Below, one piece after another: positions 47,516 to 56,680 of a stretch of DNA of 64,000 bases. Position 1 is the first letter of the stretch. Each line of letters begins with the position of its first letter. The stretch is from IMG/VR virus record IMGVR_UViG_3300025450_000013. One strand, given 5' to 3'. Position numbers and translations under genes: made by a program. A model generated the notes under the pieces. It was not told the origin of the DNA. It did no database searches and worked only from the letters and a program-made list of their open reading frames with translations. The DNA is from a virus.

Positions 47516-47540
47516 TCCGTAACCTTTCTCGATTTTCACT

Positions 47541-47569
47541 ATTATAGCAAATCGAACCTGGTTTGTCAA
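47541..47569 (-). promoter_or_regulatory. perfect sigma70 promoter
   Basis: TTGACA-N17-TATAAT. Confidence 0.85.
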
Positions 47570-47711
47570 GTCCGTTAGGAATCAGTAGGTTAGCGGGTTA
47601 GACGATTGTAAACATAAGAGAATGTGAAGATTACCGCATAGATTGTAAACACGGAAAGGATTACTTCCGCGTTGTCATACATATGGTTCACTTTATAAAA
47701 GTCAAAATATT

Positions 47712-48209
47712 TCATGCCTTTTTTATCCTCTTGTTGAACCTTGCCTTTGATATATGTGCAATATGTTCATCAATCTTTTTTAGACGGAGATATTTACAAA
47801 GTGTATCAACCACAACCTCATCTCTTTCCGCCTTTGTGATATACTTTACATAAATTGGTTCATCATGTCGGATGAAACCAATCTTTCTTATCTTTTTGGC
47901 CGCACTATGACCTTCATCATCTCTACACATATCGGCAAGTTCTTTTTCAAACCTATATACTCTATATCGTATATTGCCTTCACCAGCATATATACATTCA
48001 TATTGATTGAAATCACCTTTATGATAGATAAGATATAATCCAGGACTATCTGGTAGTTCTTTCATATTTACATCAAGTGTAACACCTCTATCGGTTTTAT
48101 CTGAACTAACCACCACAAAATCTTTTTGTAACATACGTTCAAAGATTTTTTCCGCAACATCATGTTCTGTCAGTTTTTCATTACCATCTGTAAGGTCATA
48201 GTGTGCCAT
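47712..48209 (-). CDS. degenerate GIY-YIG nuclease-like protein
   Basis: PGLYLI...IYAG....R.R, a late E and C-terminal FN. Confidence 0.5.
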   Translation of the reverse strand: MAHYDLTDGNEKLTEHDVAEKIFERMLQKDFVVVSSDKTDRGVTLDVNMKELPDSPGLYLIYHKGDFNQYECIYAGEGNIRYRVYRFEKELADMCRDDEGHSAAKKIRKIGFIRHDEPIYVKYITKAERDEVVVDTLCKYLRLKKIDEHIAHISKARFNKRIKKA

Positions 48210-48210
48210 T

Positions 48211-49470
48211 TTATCTTCCCACCTGTGTTAGGTATTTGGCCTTTGTCTCTTCCCAATCCATATAGATTAGGTCATCATAGAAAAGAGTTTCCTTAGAAAC
48301 ACGGTCTTGCTCAATCAAGGACTTGATCCGTTTTCCTGCATACTTGTCTTTCCATAGATTTACCAGAGCATCATAACTGGAATCAAACGCCTTGGCAAGT
48401 TTATCTTCGGTGATTTCCTTACGAAGAAACTCGTTGGTGTTGTTATACAAAGGACTAAAATAGATACCACGGGCATGTTCAGAACGGATAAGTTCTTTAG
48501 GAATATTCAGTTGAGAATATATAAATGTGTAAGAACGGTTTTTGTGGTCTCTTTTATAAGGCAAACCATCAAGGTTCTTAGCTACATACCACTCAAAGTA
48601 TTTGCGGGTATGGTTTTTCTTCAACCAATCTAGCATTAGTTTTACAGTAGGTTTTCTTGCTTCATAAGAGACAGAGCCTGATGTGAAGCCCATTTTCTTC
48701 CAATGTTGTAGGCGATCATATTGCGATAACTGGTTAGTTTTAGACTTACCGTATAATGATGTAGTAGTGACGCCAATGAGTGTATCACCATATTGTTTTT
48801 TCCAATCCTGTTGTACCTTATCACAAAGACAAAGTAATGCTAAAAGTTTACCACCTGTGTAGTTATAACCAAGTGGTTGTAGAGGCACAATGGTAGAACC
48901 AATGGCCGTATGATTGATCATACCTTGACTTGTCTTAACATCACGGGACCATCCAATATGGTTATCTCGTGGAGTCAAGTCTAAGAAGTCAGAAGAGATA
49001 CAAATTACCCCTAGGTACTTTCCGGTAACATCATCTTGAACAATATAATTCATGTTCCTTCCGATGTTGTTATTATTCTTCATGGTAGAAGTAAAGTTGC
49101 GAATGGTGTTCCATTTACTAGCAAGATCACCACCATTAGAATAGATTAGTCTAGGTTGCAATTTCTCATAGTCTATTGGATCGTTTGGTATCCAAATATT
49201 ATCTTTAATAGATTGAATATACTTTTTATCCTTTTCATCAATATCATCATCATATAATCCACCTGGTATGATAGGATATTTGATATGGATTTCTAACCAC
49301 TTTTGATAGAGTGTGTATTCCTCTACAGTCATAGCGGATACATTTGTGAGGTCCTCAATGACGACCTTTTTTAGTTGTTCATCATTAAGGGCCTCAGGTG
49401 TTTCAAATGTAGAGTTAAATGCATCCCATTGCTTTTCAACATTTTTTAGTTCTTCATCACTTTTTGCCAT
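48211..49470 (-). CDS. DUF4338 (DruA-like) domain protein
   Basis: GR....V.D..TGKYLG.I.I.SD......RD..IGW, P.QP.GYNY.GGKLLA, TTSLYG....Y. Confidence 0.7.
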   Translation of the reverse strand: MAKSDEELKNVEKQWDAFNSTFETPEALNDEQLKKVVIEDLTNVSAMTVEEYTLYQKWLEIHIKYPIIPGGLYDDDIDEKDKKYIQSIKDNIWIPNDPIDYEKLQPRLIYSNGGDLASKWNTIRNFTSTMKNNNNIGRNMNYIVQDDVTGKYLGVICISSDFLDLTPRDNHIGWSRDVKTSQGMINHTAIGSTIVPLQPLGYNYTGGKLLALLCLCDKVQQDWKKQYGDTLIGVTTTSLYGKSKTNQLSQYDRLQHWKKMGFTSGSVSYEARKPTVKLMLDWLKKNHTRKYFEWYVAKNLDGLPYKRDHKNRSYTFIYSQLNIPKELIRSEHARGIYFSPLYNNTNEFLRKEITEDKLAKAFDSSYDALVNLWKDKYAGKRIKSLIEQDRVSKETLFYDDLIYMDWEETKAKYLTQVGR

Positions 49471-49749
49471 AATAATCCTTTATTTCCAACGGTCTTTAAG
49501 TTCTTTCACACGGTCACGAAGGTATTCTTCAATTATAGGTGTTATATTATCATTTTTCTTGCGTAATGGCAAGGTCAATAGTTCACTTTGTAATGCTGTA
49601 ATAAGTATGTAATCTTGGGAATAACTATGATTTTTATGAGGATCAGTTTTTGCCATATTGTTTGCTCCAGAGATAGCTGTTTAGTTTTGAGACAGAATGT
49701 GCTACTCTGTCCATAAACCAACTATTCCAGAACCAGTGATTATAACGTT

Positions 49750-49986
49750 TCATTTTAGAACTCCATTGTTGATTAGGCCGGCAAGGTAAATCACAGTGAT
49801 TACTAACTCAATAGTAATCAACGACCATTTACGCCACGATAAGGCGACCACCAACCACCCTAGATTACCTATCAGTGATAGATAAACATTCATAGGATAT
49901 ACATTGTAAGATGTGAGTGCTGCACCTGCTAATAGCAAAAAGGTTGACAACCACTCAAAGCAAAACTCTACTTTTTTAGGAAACAT
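49750..49986 (-). CDS. small membrane protein (PnuC-like fragment)
   Basis: Three TM segments, N.YP.N motif. Confidence 0.5.
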   Translation of the reverse strand: MFPKKVEFCFEWLSTFLLLAGAALTSYNVYPMNVYLSLIGNLGWLVVALSWRKWSLITIELVITVIYLAGLINNGVLK

Positions 49987-50057
49987 TGTTCCAACCCATT
50001 TGTGATAGTCCTTCCCATAAATTATCTACATTATAGGTTACATAGCCAAAAGGTGTA

Positions 50058-50369
50058 TCAACAACCATTATCATTATCCATCTCCTTACGGAAGTCAAAG
50101 TCATCGGTCAATAAACCATCTTCTATTTCTTGAGAAATTTCATCTAACTTTTCTGCTAATATTCTCAAGGACTCAGAAGCAATAGCATCAACAAGGATTG
50201 AGTTTACGGTCTGGCCTTGAACAAGACCAAGTTCTTCCATAATAGTAGAAGCAACAGCCAACCTTTCCATTTGACCAGAAGGTGATGGTGCCCATACAAA
50301 TGGAATAAGCCCTGCGTCCATCATACGTTCGGACTCGGCCATCTTCCGTAAAGTTTCTTTGTCTAGCAT
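50058..50369 (-). CDS. hypothetical protein
   Basis: ORF downstream of gp46. Confidence 0.55.
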   Translation of the reverse strand: MLDKETLRKMAESERMMDAGLIPFVWAPSPSGQMERLAVASTIMEELGLVQGQTVNSILVDAIASESLRILAEKLDEISQEIEDGLLTDDFDFRKEMDNDNGC

Positions 50370-50386
50370 GATTGTATCCTACCAGA

Positions 50387-52108
50387 TTATTGTTCTTTTG
50401 TCAAGACCGAAAAGTTTTTTACCTTTTCAAACTTTACCGTTCTTTGGAAACGGTCAATCATGGCATCTTTATGTGATATAACAAAGATATTAGAACCACT
50501 GTCACCCATGTCCCACATGATCTTGATAAACTCATCCGTTCCACTAGCATCCATAGCACGGTCAAGGATCTCATCGAACACAAGTATATTCACATTAACG
50601 GAGTTTTTCATCTTGGCAATCTGTCTCCATGTAAGGAGAATAGCCAAGTCTATTCGTAACTTTTCTCCTTCGGAAAAGTTGTGGTATGAGAACTCGTCTC
50701 GGTATCTTGACTTGATTGATTCCTCGAATGACTCATTAATATTAAAGTTGACAAAAAAGCCAAGTTTAGCGAGGTACTTATTGATATGTTTATTAATGAT
50801 AGGTAGATACTGTTTAATGATTTTTGTCTTGATTCCACCATCTTTAAGTAGAGTAGTGGCCAAGTCCACATATTGGCGTTCATCTAGAAGGGCCTTCTTT
50901 TCTTCTTCGAGGGAGGAAATATCATGTTGGACTTGAATGAGTTGTCGTTCCGACTCTTGGGTAGTTGTGTCAGATAATGCGAACGTTTCAATCTGTGCCA
51001 CAATTTGAGACAGATTATTAGAAATATGGTTATAGGAAGACCTACTAGATGTAAGATCCATCTTAACTCCATTAAGACGCTTGAGAACCTCATCAATCTT
51101 CTCTATTTCTTCCAGGACGGCAGTAATCTGTTCGTCAGCCTTATTTATACCCTGAGATATTTCATCAATCTTAGCATTACTATCTTTGATGTTCTTTTCT
51201 TTATGGTCGGCAGCAATGTCCTGCTTACAGGTAGGACAACTATCATTATCGTGATAGAACGACACCTCTTTCATCAATCTTTCTGAATTGCCTTCCATCT
51301 TGGCCTTGAAACCGACTAACTTACCATACTTTGTCCTTAATGCCGAGGTATCAATACCTTGTTCGAGGAGTTCATCTCTTTGCTTCTCTAGGTCGGAAAT
51401 AGTCGTTTTCTCGGAAACTAAACTATCTTTTAGTTCCTGTTCTTTCTCTCGTAAAAGAGCAAGTTTAGTTTCATTATTCGACTTTAAGGACTCTAAAGTC
51501 TGCTCAATGTAAGTTTTATTTTCATTTTTACTGGTTAAAGTAATCCTATTCTTCTCTAGTCCTTCACGGTTGATCTGTAGTCGGTTCTTAACCACATTAG
51601 ACATAGCAGAAAAGATTTGAATATCTAGAAGGTCCTCAATCACCGTTCTACGGTCACCAGGTGACAACTGCATGAAAGGAACAAATGATGCCGAACCAAG
51701 AATAACAACTTGTGTAAAAGACTTAAAGTTCATCTTTAGAATGTGCTTTTCTAGATGCTCTTGATAGTCCTTGGCCGCTGCATCCTGGTTGACCATTTTA
51801 CCTTCACAATAAATCTCGAAGATATTTGGCTTCGCACCACGAATAATCTTGTACCGTTTGTTTGAAATAGAAAACTCAATCTCCACCTCACAGTTCTTAC
51901 CATTGATAGAATTTACCACATTACCTTTGTTAACCTTACGAAAAGGTTTACCAAACAACACAAAGGTCAAGGCATCCAGAAATGTGGATTTACCTGATCC
52001 ATTATGTCCCATGATTAAGGTGTTCTTATGTGTATCTAACTCCAACTCGGTCCAGTTGTTACCGGTTGCAAGAAAGTTTTTATAGCGAATTGTATGGAAT
52101 GTTATCAT
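50387..52108 (-). CDS. gp46: recombination endonuclease subunit gp46 (Rad50/SbcC)
   Basis: G.NGSGKST, CPTC zinc hook, FSEGEK, FDE, ISH. Confidence 0.95.
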   Translation of the reverse strand: MITFHTIRYKNFLATGNNWTELELDTHKNTLIMGHNGSGKSTFLDALTFVLFGKPFRKVNKGNVVNSINGKNCEVEIEFSISNKRYKIIRGAKPNIFEIYCEGKMVNQDAAAKDYQEHLEKHILKMNFKSFTQVVILGSASFVPFMQLSPGDRRTVIEDLLDIQIFSAMSNVVKNRLQINREGLEKNRITLTSKNENKTYIEQTLESLKSNNETKLALLREKEQELKDSLVSEKTTISDLEKQRDELLEQGIDTSALRTKYGKLVGFKAKMEGNSERLMKEVSFYHDNDSCPTCKQDIAADHKEKNIKDSNAKIDEISQGINKADEQITAVLEEIEKIDEVLKRLNGVKMDLTSSRSSYNHISNNLSQIVAQIETFALSDTTTQESERQLIQVQHDISSLEEEKKALLDERQYVDLATTLLKDGGIKTKIIKQYLPIINKHINKYLAKLGFFVNFNINESFEESIKSRYRDEFSYHNFSEGEKLRIDLAILLTWRQIAKMKNSVNVNILVFDEILDRAMDASGTDEFIKIMWDMGDSGSNIFVISHKDAMIDRFQRTVKFEKVKNFSVLTKEQ

Positions 52109-52754
52109 ATTCACGTATTCTCTTGACAGGATTTAATATTTCAGACTCCAATTTTTTGACGAAAAATACCTGTACCAATCTAGTTTCATCACCCATATAG
52201 TAGTTACTTGGTGAATGTGGTATGTTTCCATCAAAACATATTAAACGGTTATACACGTTAGATATACGGACAGTTTCTTCAAAACATGAATTATTTTTAA
52301 TGATGTTTTGATCAAAGTCACAATCTTCACCTTTGGAATAAAACTTTTTCATATATGTACCATCTATGTCTTGTTTTTCTTTTATCTGTCTATAAATTGT
52401 TGTTCCTAAATTTCTATCAAAACCAGGTGTCAAATATACAACACCGGCCATTAGACATCCATCTTCATGTATCCATCCCATATTCTTAGGTGATAAAGGA
52501 TCAGGATCTAGAGTGTTTACCTTCCAAAAGTTTGTCTCTACTCTCCATTCTATATTGCCATAAGGATAATATATCTGAAATATTTTAGAAACAAAACCAG
52601 AAAATAATTCTCTATTTAAATCATATAGAGGTATTGTTCTTTTACCTGGATAGTTACCAGGAGAATCCAAAAAATGCTGTTTTAAGGCAAACTCTCTGAC
52701 CTTATTCGGATCATTATAAAAGTTGTCTATACATGTAGTAGGAAAGTTATTCAT
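52080..52754 (-). CDS. Fe(II)/2OG oxygenase (DUF6445-like)
   Basis: IDNFY.DP..VR.FAL, YPGKRT, WIHED, AGVVYL, NVYNRL, H, RL.QVFF. Confidence 0.8.
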   Translation of the reverse strand: MNNFPTTCIDNFYNDPNKVREFALKQHFLDSPGNYPGKRTIPLYDLNRELFSGFVSKIFQIYYPYGNIEWRVETNFWKVNTLDPDPLSPKNMGWIHEDGCLMAGVVYLTPGFDRNLGTTIYRQIKEKQDIDGTYMKKFYSKGEDCDFDQNIIKNNSCFEETVRISNVYNRLICFDGNIPHSPSNYYMGDETRLVQVFFVKKLESEILNPVKRIREYDNIPYNSL

Positions 52755-53827
52755 ACCGTTTCTACCTGTAATGCCTCTTGGTAAACGTCTAACATGAATG
52801 ATTTCATTCTAGCAGATTCCACCGGCAAAGTCAACCCATCAATATACTTGGAAAGGATTGTGGAGGTATCTTCTGCTTCATCAACCGAGTCCATATCTTC
52901 ATTCTCAAGCAATACCGAAGGATCTTCTACAACGGTAATATCTAAAGGGCCTGCCTTATAGATGGAGTCAAAGAGAAGATCAAAGGCATAAGGATTAGAC
53001 TTGTTTACTACAATCAACTTTACATAAGTATTCTTATACTTGGAAAAGTCCGTGTTTTGGATTTTTTCTACAATCTCAGGATTGGCCACATCATCATACT
53101 TAGCAAGACGGAACATCTTATAAGGATTCTGTATAAACTCTATTTCTCTAGTGTCAGTATCAAACACAGAGAAACCACGAGGATCGGCATAGTCGTGCCA
53201 GGTATATTCAGCAAAAGCACCGATATAAGATACATTACCAATAGTGGAACGATGATGATAATGCCCAGAGTAAACTTTATCAAACTTATCAAAAGTAACA
53301 CGATCAAGCCCATGGTCTGATATCAAACCTCTATGCATAGTGAAACCGTTTAGTTCTAGGTGACCCATAAGAACCTCGGCCCGTGGTTGACTGATAACAT
53401 CCATAGCCTGTTCACGGTTAGAATCTGTGATCCAAGGCATGATCTGTATATCAAGGCCATCTATATTGATCAACTCAGGAAGTGAATAGGTATGAATGAA
53501 CTGATAACGGTTAACAACCAATTCATCTAGAGCATTTACTTCGTGGGTGTCTTTATAGTAACTATCGTGGTTTCCTTGAATGATATGGGTTTCGATACCA
53601 CGGTCCTCCAAAGGATCGAGGAGGTCTTCTCTACATCTTTTGGCGGAGAGGAAGTTGATGTATTTACGTCGGTCGAAAATGTCTCCAAGGTGTACCACAT
53701 TCCGAATATTATGAGTATCAATATAATCAAAGAACCAGTCGTAACAACGTTTTTGATAATCGTGAAACGCCGGGTTATCATTGCGTATTCCGGCATGTGT
53801 GTCTGTCAAAAGTGCTATCTTCGCCAT
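52751..53827 (-). CDS. gp47: recombination endonuclease subunit gp47 (Mre11/SbcD)
   Basis: TDTH.G, LGD.FD.R, GNHD, GHLE, SGHYH. Confidence 0.95.
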   Translation of the reverse strand: MAKIALLTDTHAGIRNDNPAFHDYQKRCYDWFFDYIDTHNIRNVVHLGDIFDRRKYINFLSAKRCREDLLDPLEDRGIETHIIQGNHDSYYKDTHEVNALDELVVNRYQFIHTYSLPELINIDGLDIQIMPWITDSNREQAMDVISQPRAEVLMGHLELNGFTMHRGLISDHGLDRVTFDKFDKVYSGHYHHRSTIGNVSYIGAFAEYTWHDYADPRGFSVFDTDTREIEFIQNPYKMFRLAKYDDVANPEIVEKIQNTDFSKYKNTYVKLIVVNKSNPYAFDLLFDSIYKAGPLDITVVEDPSVLLENEDMDSVDEAEDTSTILSKYIDGLTLPVESARMKSFMLDVYQEALQVETV

Positions 53828-54329
53828 CTATTCTACATCCTTTGCTTCTATTTTCACTTTTGGTTATAATCTGTAAGTTGTCCTGGTGATGAAAACCACC
53901 TTTGGCAATAGGTATGATATGGTCTACTTCATATTCTATTCCTGTTTCTTCACACATTTGACGACACCTCTGATATATTGTTTTTATAGCATCAAAATCA
54001 GCATCATTAGGTATTTGATTTCTAACTCTCGCCCTTCTACGTCCTTGACGGTCGGCTGACTTCACTTTCGCTTCATCATTTAACCATTGCTGTTGATACT
54101 TATCATAGTTATTCTTTCTCCAATTTTGGAGTTTTTTTTTCTGTTTTTCTTTAGTTCTATAAGGAGCCATAAGTTCGACATTGTTTAATTTTTCACGACC
54201 TTCTTTGATAGAACAAGGAACACATTTATATCCAGATGTATATTTCTCAAAACTACCACAATGCTTACAAGCAACATCGGATATATATTTCTTATCACCT
54301 CTTATTAATGCTTCTTTTCTTTTTCCCAT
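53778..54329 (-). mobile_element. free-standing HNH endonuclease
   Basis: CxxC/CxxC, VDHIIP...GG.H...NLQI.T..EN..K; own CTAAATA late promoter at 54363-54369. Confidence 0.85.
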
Positions 54330-54382
54330 AGTGTGTTCCTTTCTATGATACGCACTCTGGGTTATTTAGTATTTTTAGATTT

Positions 54383-54568
54383 TTAATCCTCTTTAGTAAG
54401 TTCTTTATAAGTATCAACTTCACTCTGCCTTATCCATCCAAGGGTAATCATTCGTTGGAAAACCTTGTCTTTATCTTCTTTACTATGAGGAACCGGTTCT
54501 ACGATTTTATCACAGAACCATTCCATGGATTGTTCTACTTCTCTGATTAGGTCATCAATATCAGTCAT
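54383..54568 (-). CDS. hypothetical protein
   Basis: Packed ORF downstream of gp55. Confidence 0.5.
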   Translation of the reverse strand: MTDIDDLIREVEQSMEWFCDKIVEPVPHSKEDKDKVFQRMITLGWIRQSEVDTYKELTKED

Positions 54569-54780
54569 GACGATTTCCTACGTTTAAAAGTATTTGCCGT
54601 TCCCATTTCCGTATCATAGTCATTGATAGCTGTATCAATAGCACGTTTAATGGCATCTAACCGCATACGGTAGTTACCACGAACATGAACTCTTTCTTTC
54701 TTGTCCTTCAAGGCCGACAATAACTGCTGGACCTGGAAAGGTACATCAAACTGGTTCTCTTCCTTCATCGTCTTCTCCAA
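54565..54780 (-). CDS. hypothetical protein
   Basis: Packed ORF downstream of gp55. Confidence 0.55.
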   Translation of the reverse strand: MEKTMKEENQFDVPFQVQQLLSALKDKKERVHVRGNYRMRLDAIKRAIDTAINDYDTEMGTANTFKRRKSS

Positions 54781-55318
54781 AAAACTTATCTAGTCCTTCT
54801 TTGGCCGCTTTACGTTTCTCTTTCTTTTCCGCTTCACGACCTTCAAACTTCTTTATGAACTCGTTTAGGTTATCATACATCGTAGAGGAAATCAAGTGCT
54901 GATCATCATGGTCAATCATCAAAGCGGCATCCGATGTATCTAGGACACTTTCTTGGAATTTTTTGTATATAATGTAACGATTTTTTTCTTCTTTACTAAT
55001 CCTTCTATGGAAGGCATAGTAAATGATTTGAGTAAAGTAAGCAAAAGGATTTGAACCTTTATCAGGATTAAAGTTATCAAAATAAAGAAAGCAATTTTCA
55101 ATAGCATCAGATACCAACTCATCACGGAATGAGTAGTTCATGAAACGAGGTTTATGGGAAAGGTTTTCTGCAATAAGGTATATACATTTACCGATATATT
55201 CAGAAACACGGGGTTTTTCGGTGCCTTGCTCTTTTGAAATTAATACCTGTTTTTTATACTCAACAATTTCAGCAAGAAATCTTTCATTATCAACATAATG
55301 TTTTTTGTTCTTTGACAT
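54746..55318 (-). CDS. gp55: late-transcription sigma factor gp55
   Basis: HYVDN..F, IA..LS.KP.F.NY, D.IENC, NPFAYFTQI...AF.RRI.KE. Confidence 0.95.
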   Translation of the reverse strand: MSKNKKHYVDNERFLAEIVEYKKQVLISKEQGTEKPRVSEYIGKCIYLIAENLSHKPRFMNYSFRDELVSDAIENCFLYFDNFNPDKGSNPFAYFTQIIYYAFHRRISKEEKNRYIIYKKFQESVLDTSDAALMIDHDDQHLISSTMYDNLNEFIKKFEGREAEKKEKRKAAKEGLDKFFGEDDEGREPV

Positions 55319-55342
55319 TTTAACCCCTTTTATTAAAGTATG

Positions 55343-55371
55343 ATTATACTATCAATTTTGTATATTGTCAA
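55343..55371 (-). promoter_or_regulatory. perfect sigma70 promoter for gp55
   Basis: TTGACA-N17-TATAAT. Confidence 0.85.
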
Positions 55372-55374
55372 GTA

Positions 55375-56154
55375 TTATTTTCCAAACCCGAAAGGGCACT
55401 TTTTTTCCTGCTCTGACATTTTTTCCTGTATTTTTAGGATTTTTCTCCATCCATAAAAAGATTGATTTGCCCCATTTCTAACAACTTTTACAAACTCTTG
55501 TTTTGATAATAAATGATTTTTAAAGGTAAGTTTTTTTTCTGTAATAGGAACCATATGAACCAATGGAGTACCTATTGTTATCTCAAATTCATATGATAAT
55601 TTAGGAATCATTATATTAACATTAGTAGATGAGTTCATTTTAAAAGATGTTATAGCAGGTAAAACTTTGAATAAATGATTGTGTAAAGACCAATCATCAC
55701 CTACCCACATAAATTTTATTCCTGTTTTCTCGTAAAAGTGCCAAGGTGAATTTAATTTTAAATGATTATGAAATGGAAATCCTGCACCTAATTGTTCTCT
55801 GGCATGATCTTTAGGAGCCGGACCACAAGACCAACAATAGTTCATATCGTCATAATCAACTTTTATAGCAAAATCACACCAACAAGGTAATGATATTCCT
55901 TTTTTATAGAACTCTATAATCGCATAGCAATCTTTTGCTGTTTGTGCATTTCTATTTCTATTTTTATATGCTATTTTACCATCATCGGATGGACCATAAT
56001 CAGGTTTGAAACCAGAAGGTAATTTCCTCCACCAATCAGGAGTTGATCTACTAGTATAGATTATTGGTGTATTATGATAAACTTCTACCTCATCGGTAAA
56101 ACAATCTAAGTGTATTTCAGGAGTTCTATGAAAAAAACTGAACATTTTTATCAC
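55375..56154 (-). CDS. hypothetical protein (beta-rich, C-terminal CPF motif)
   Basis: PDWW..LP, T.K.C, KL.SPW, GTPLV...P, terminal KCPFGFGK. Confidence 0.65.
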   Translation of the reverse strand: MIKMFSFFHRTPEIHLDCFTDEVEVYHNTPIIYTSRSTPDWWRKLPSGFKPDYGPSDDGKIAYKNRNRNAQTAKDCYAIIEFYKKGISLPCWCDFAIKVDYDDMNYCWSCGPAPKDHAREQLGAGFPFHNHLKLNSPWHFYEKTGIKFMWVGDDWSLHNHLFKVLPAITSFKMNSSTNVNIMIPKLSYEFEITIGTPLVHMVPITEKKLTFKNHLLSKQEFVKVVRNGANQSFYGWRKILKIQEKMSEQEKKCPFGFGK

Positions 56155-56172
56155 TTTCTTGCATTTTGGGGC

Positions 56173-56277
56173 TTGACAAGGTTCCTAATATGTGTGTATA
56201 ATGAGCTTTGTTACCACCACCAATATTAACCAGTTGCTCAAGACGAACGAAGTGAGTCCGATGCGAAGCATCGGACA
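56173..56277 (+). promoter_or_regulatory. counter-oriented sigma70 promoter followed by GAA-loop hairpins (small RNA or origin candidate)
   Basis: TTGACA-N18-TATAAT on +; GTCCGATGC-GAA-GCATCGGAC at 56256-56276. Confidence 0.5.
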
Positions 56278-56679
56278 CTAATGAAAAACTTTACCATTCT
56301 TTAATGATTGCAATATTTCTTCCATTGTCTCTTCATCAATTTTTTCTTCTTGTATTTCTTCTACCTTTTCACGTTTAGCAGCAAGGTAATGATCTACACT
56401 TTCCCAATAATACTCATTCATATTATCGGTGACATCTTGGTAAAGAAGAACCTCTTCCCTTTTGATATTAAATTCCTGTTGATCACATATACGAGGATAA
56501 ACCCAAGGCATAAATGCTATCTGTAAATATCCTGTAGATGTTGCTGGAACATACATAGCCTTGAGTGGATTGATTACCGTGATATAATCACCAGTATCAT
56601 CACCTGTCTCAAAGGCCTCGGCAATAATATCATCACCGGTCTTTAGACGGATGAATTTGGCGATTGATTGATTTTCCAT
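56278..56679 (-). CDS. conserved T4-like hypothetical (Sm-like fold)
   Basis: FIRLKTGDDIIA...NP...PW; lies downstream of uvsW. Confidence 0.65.
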   Translation of the reverse strand: MENQSIAKFIRLKTGDDIIAEAFETGDDTGDYITVINPLKAMYVPATSTGYLQIAFMPWVYPRICDQQEFNIKREEVLLYQDVTDNMNEYYWESVDHYLAAKREKVEEIQEEKIDEETMEEILQSLKNGKVFH

Positions 56680-56680
56680 T

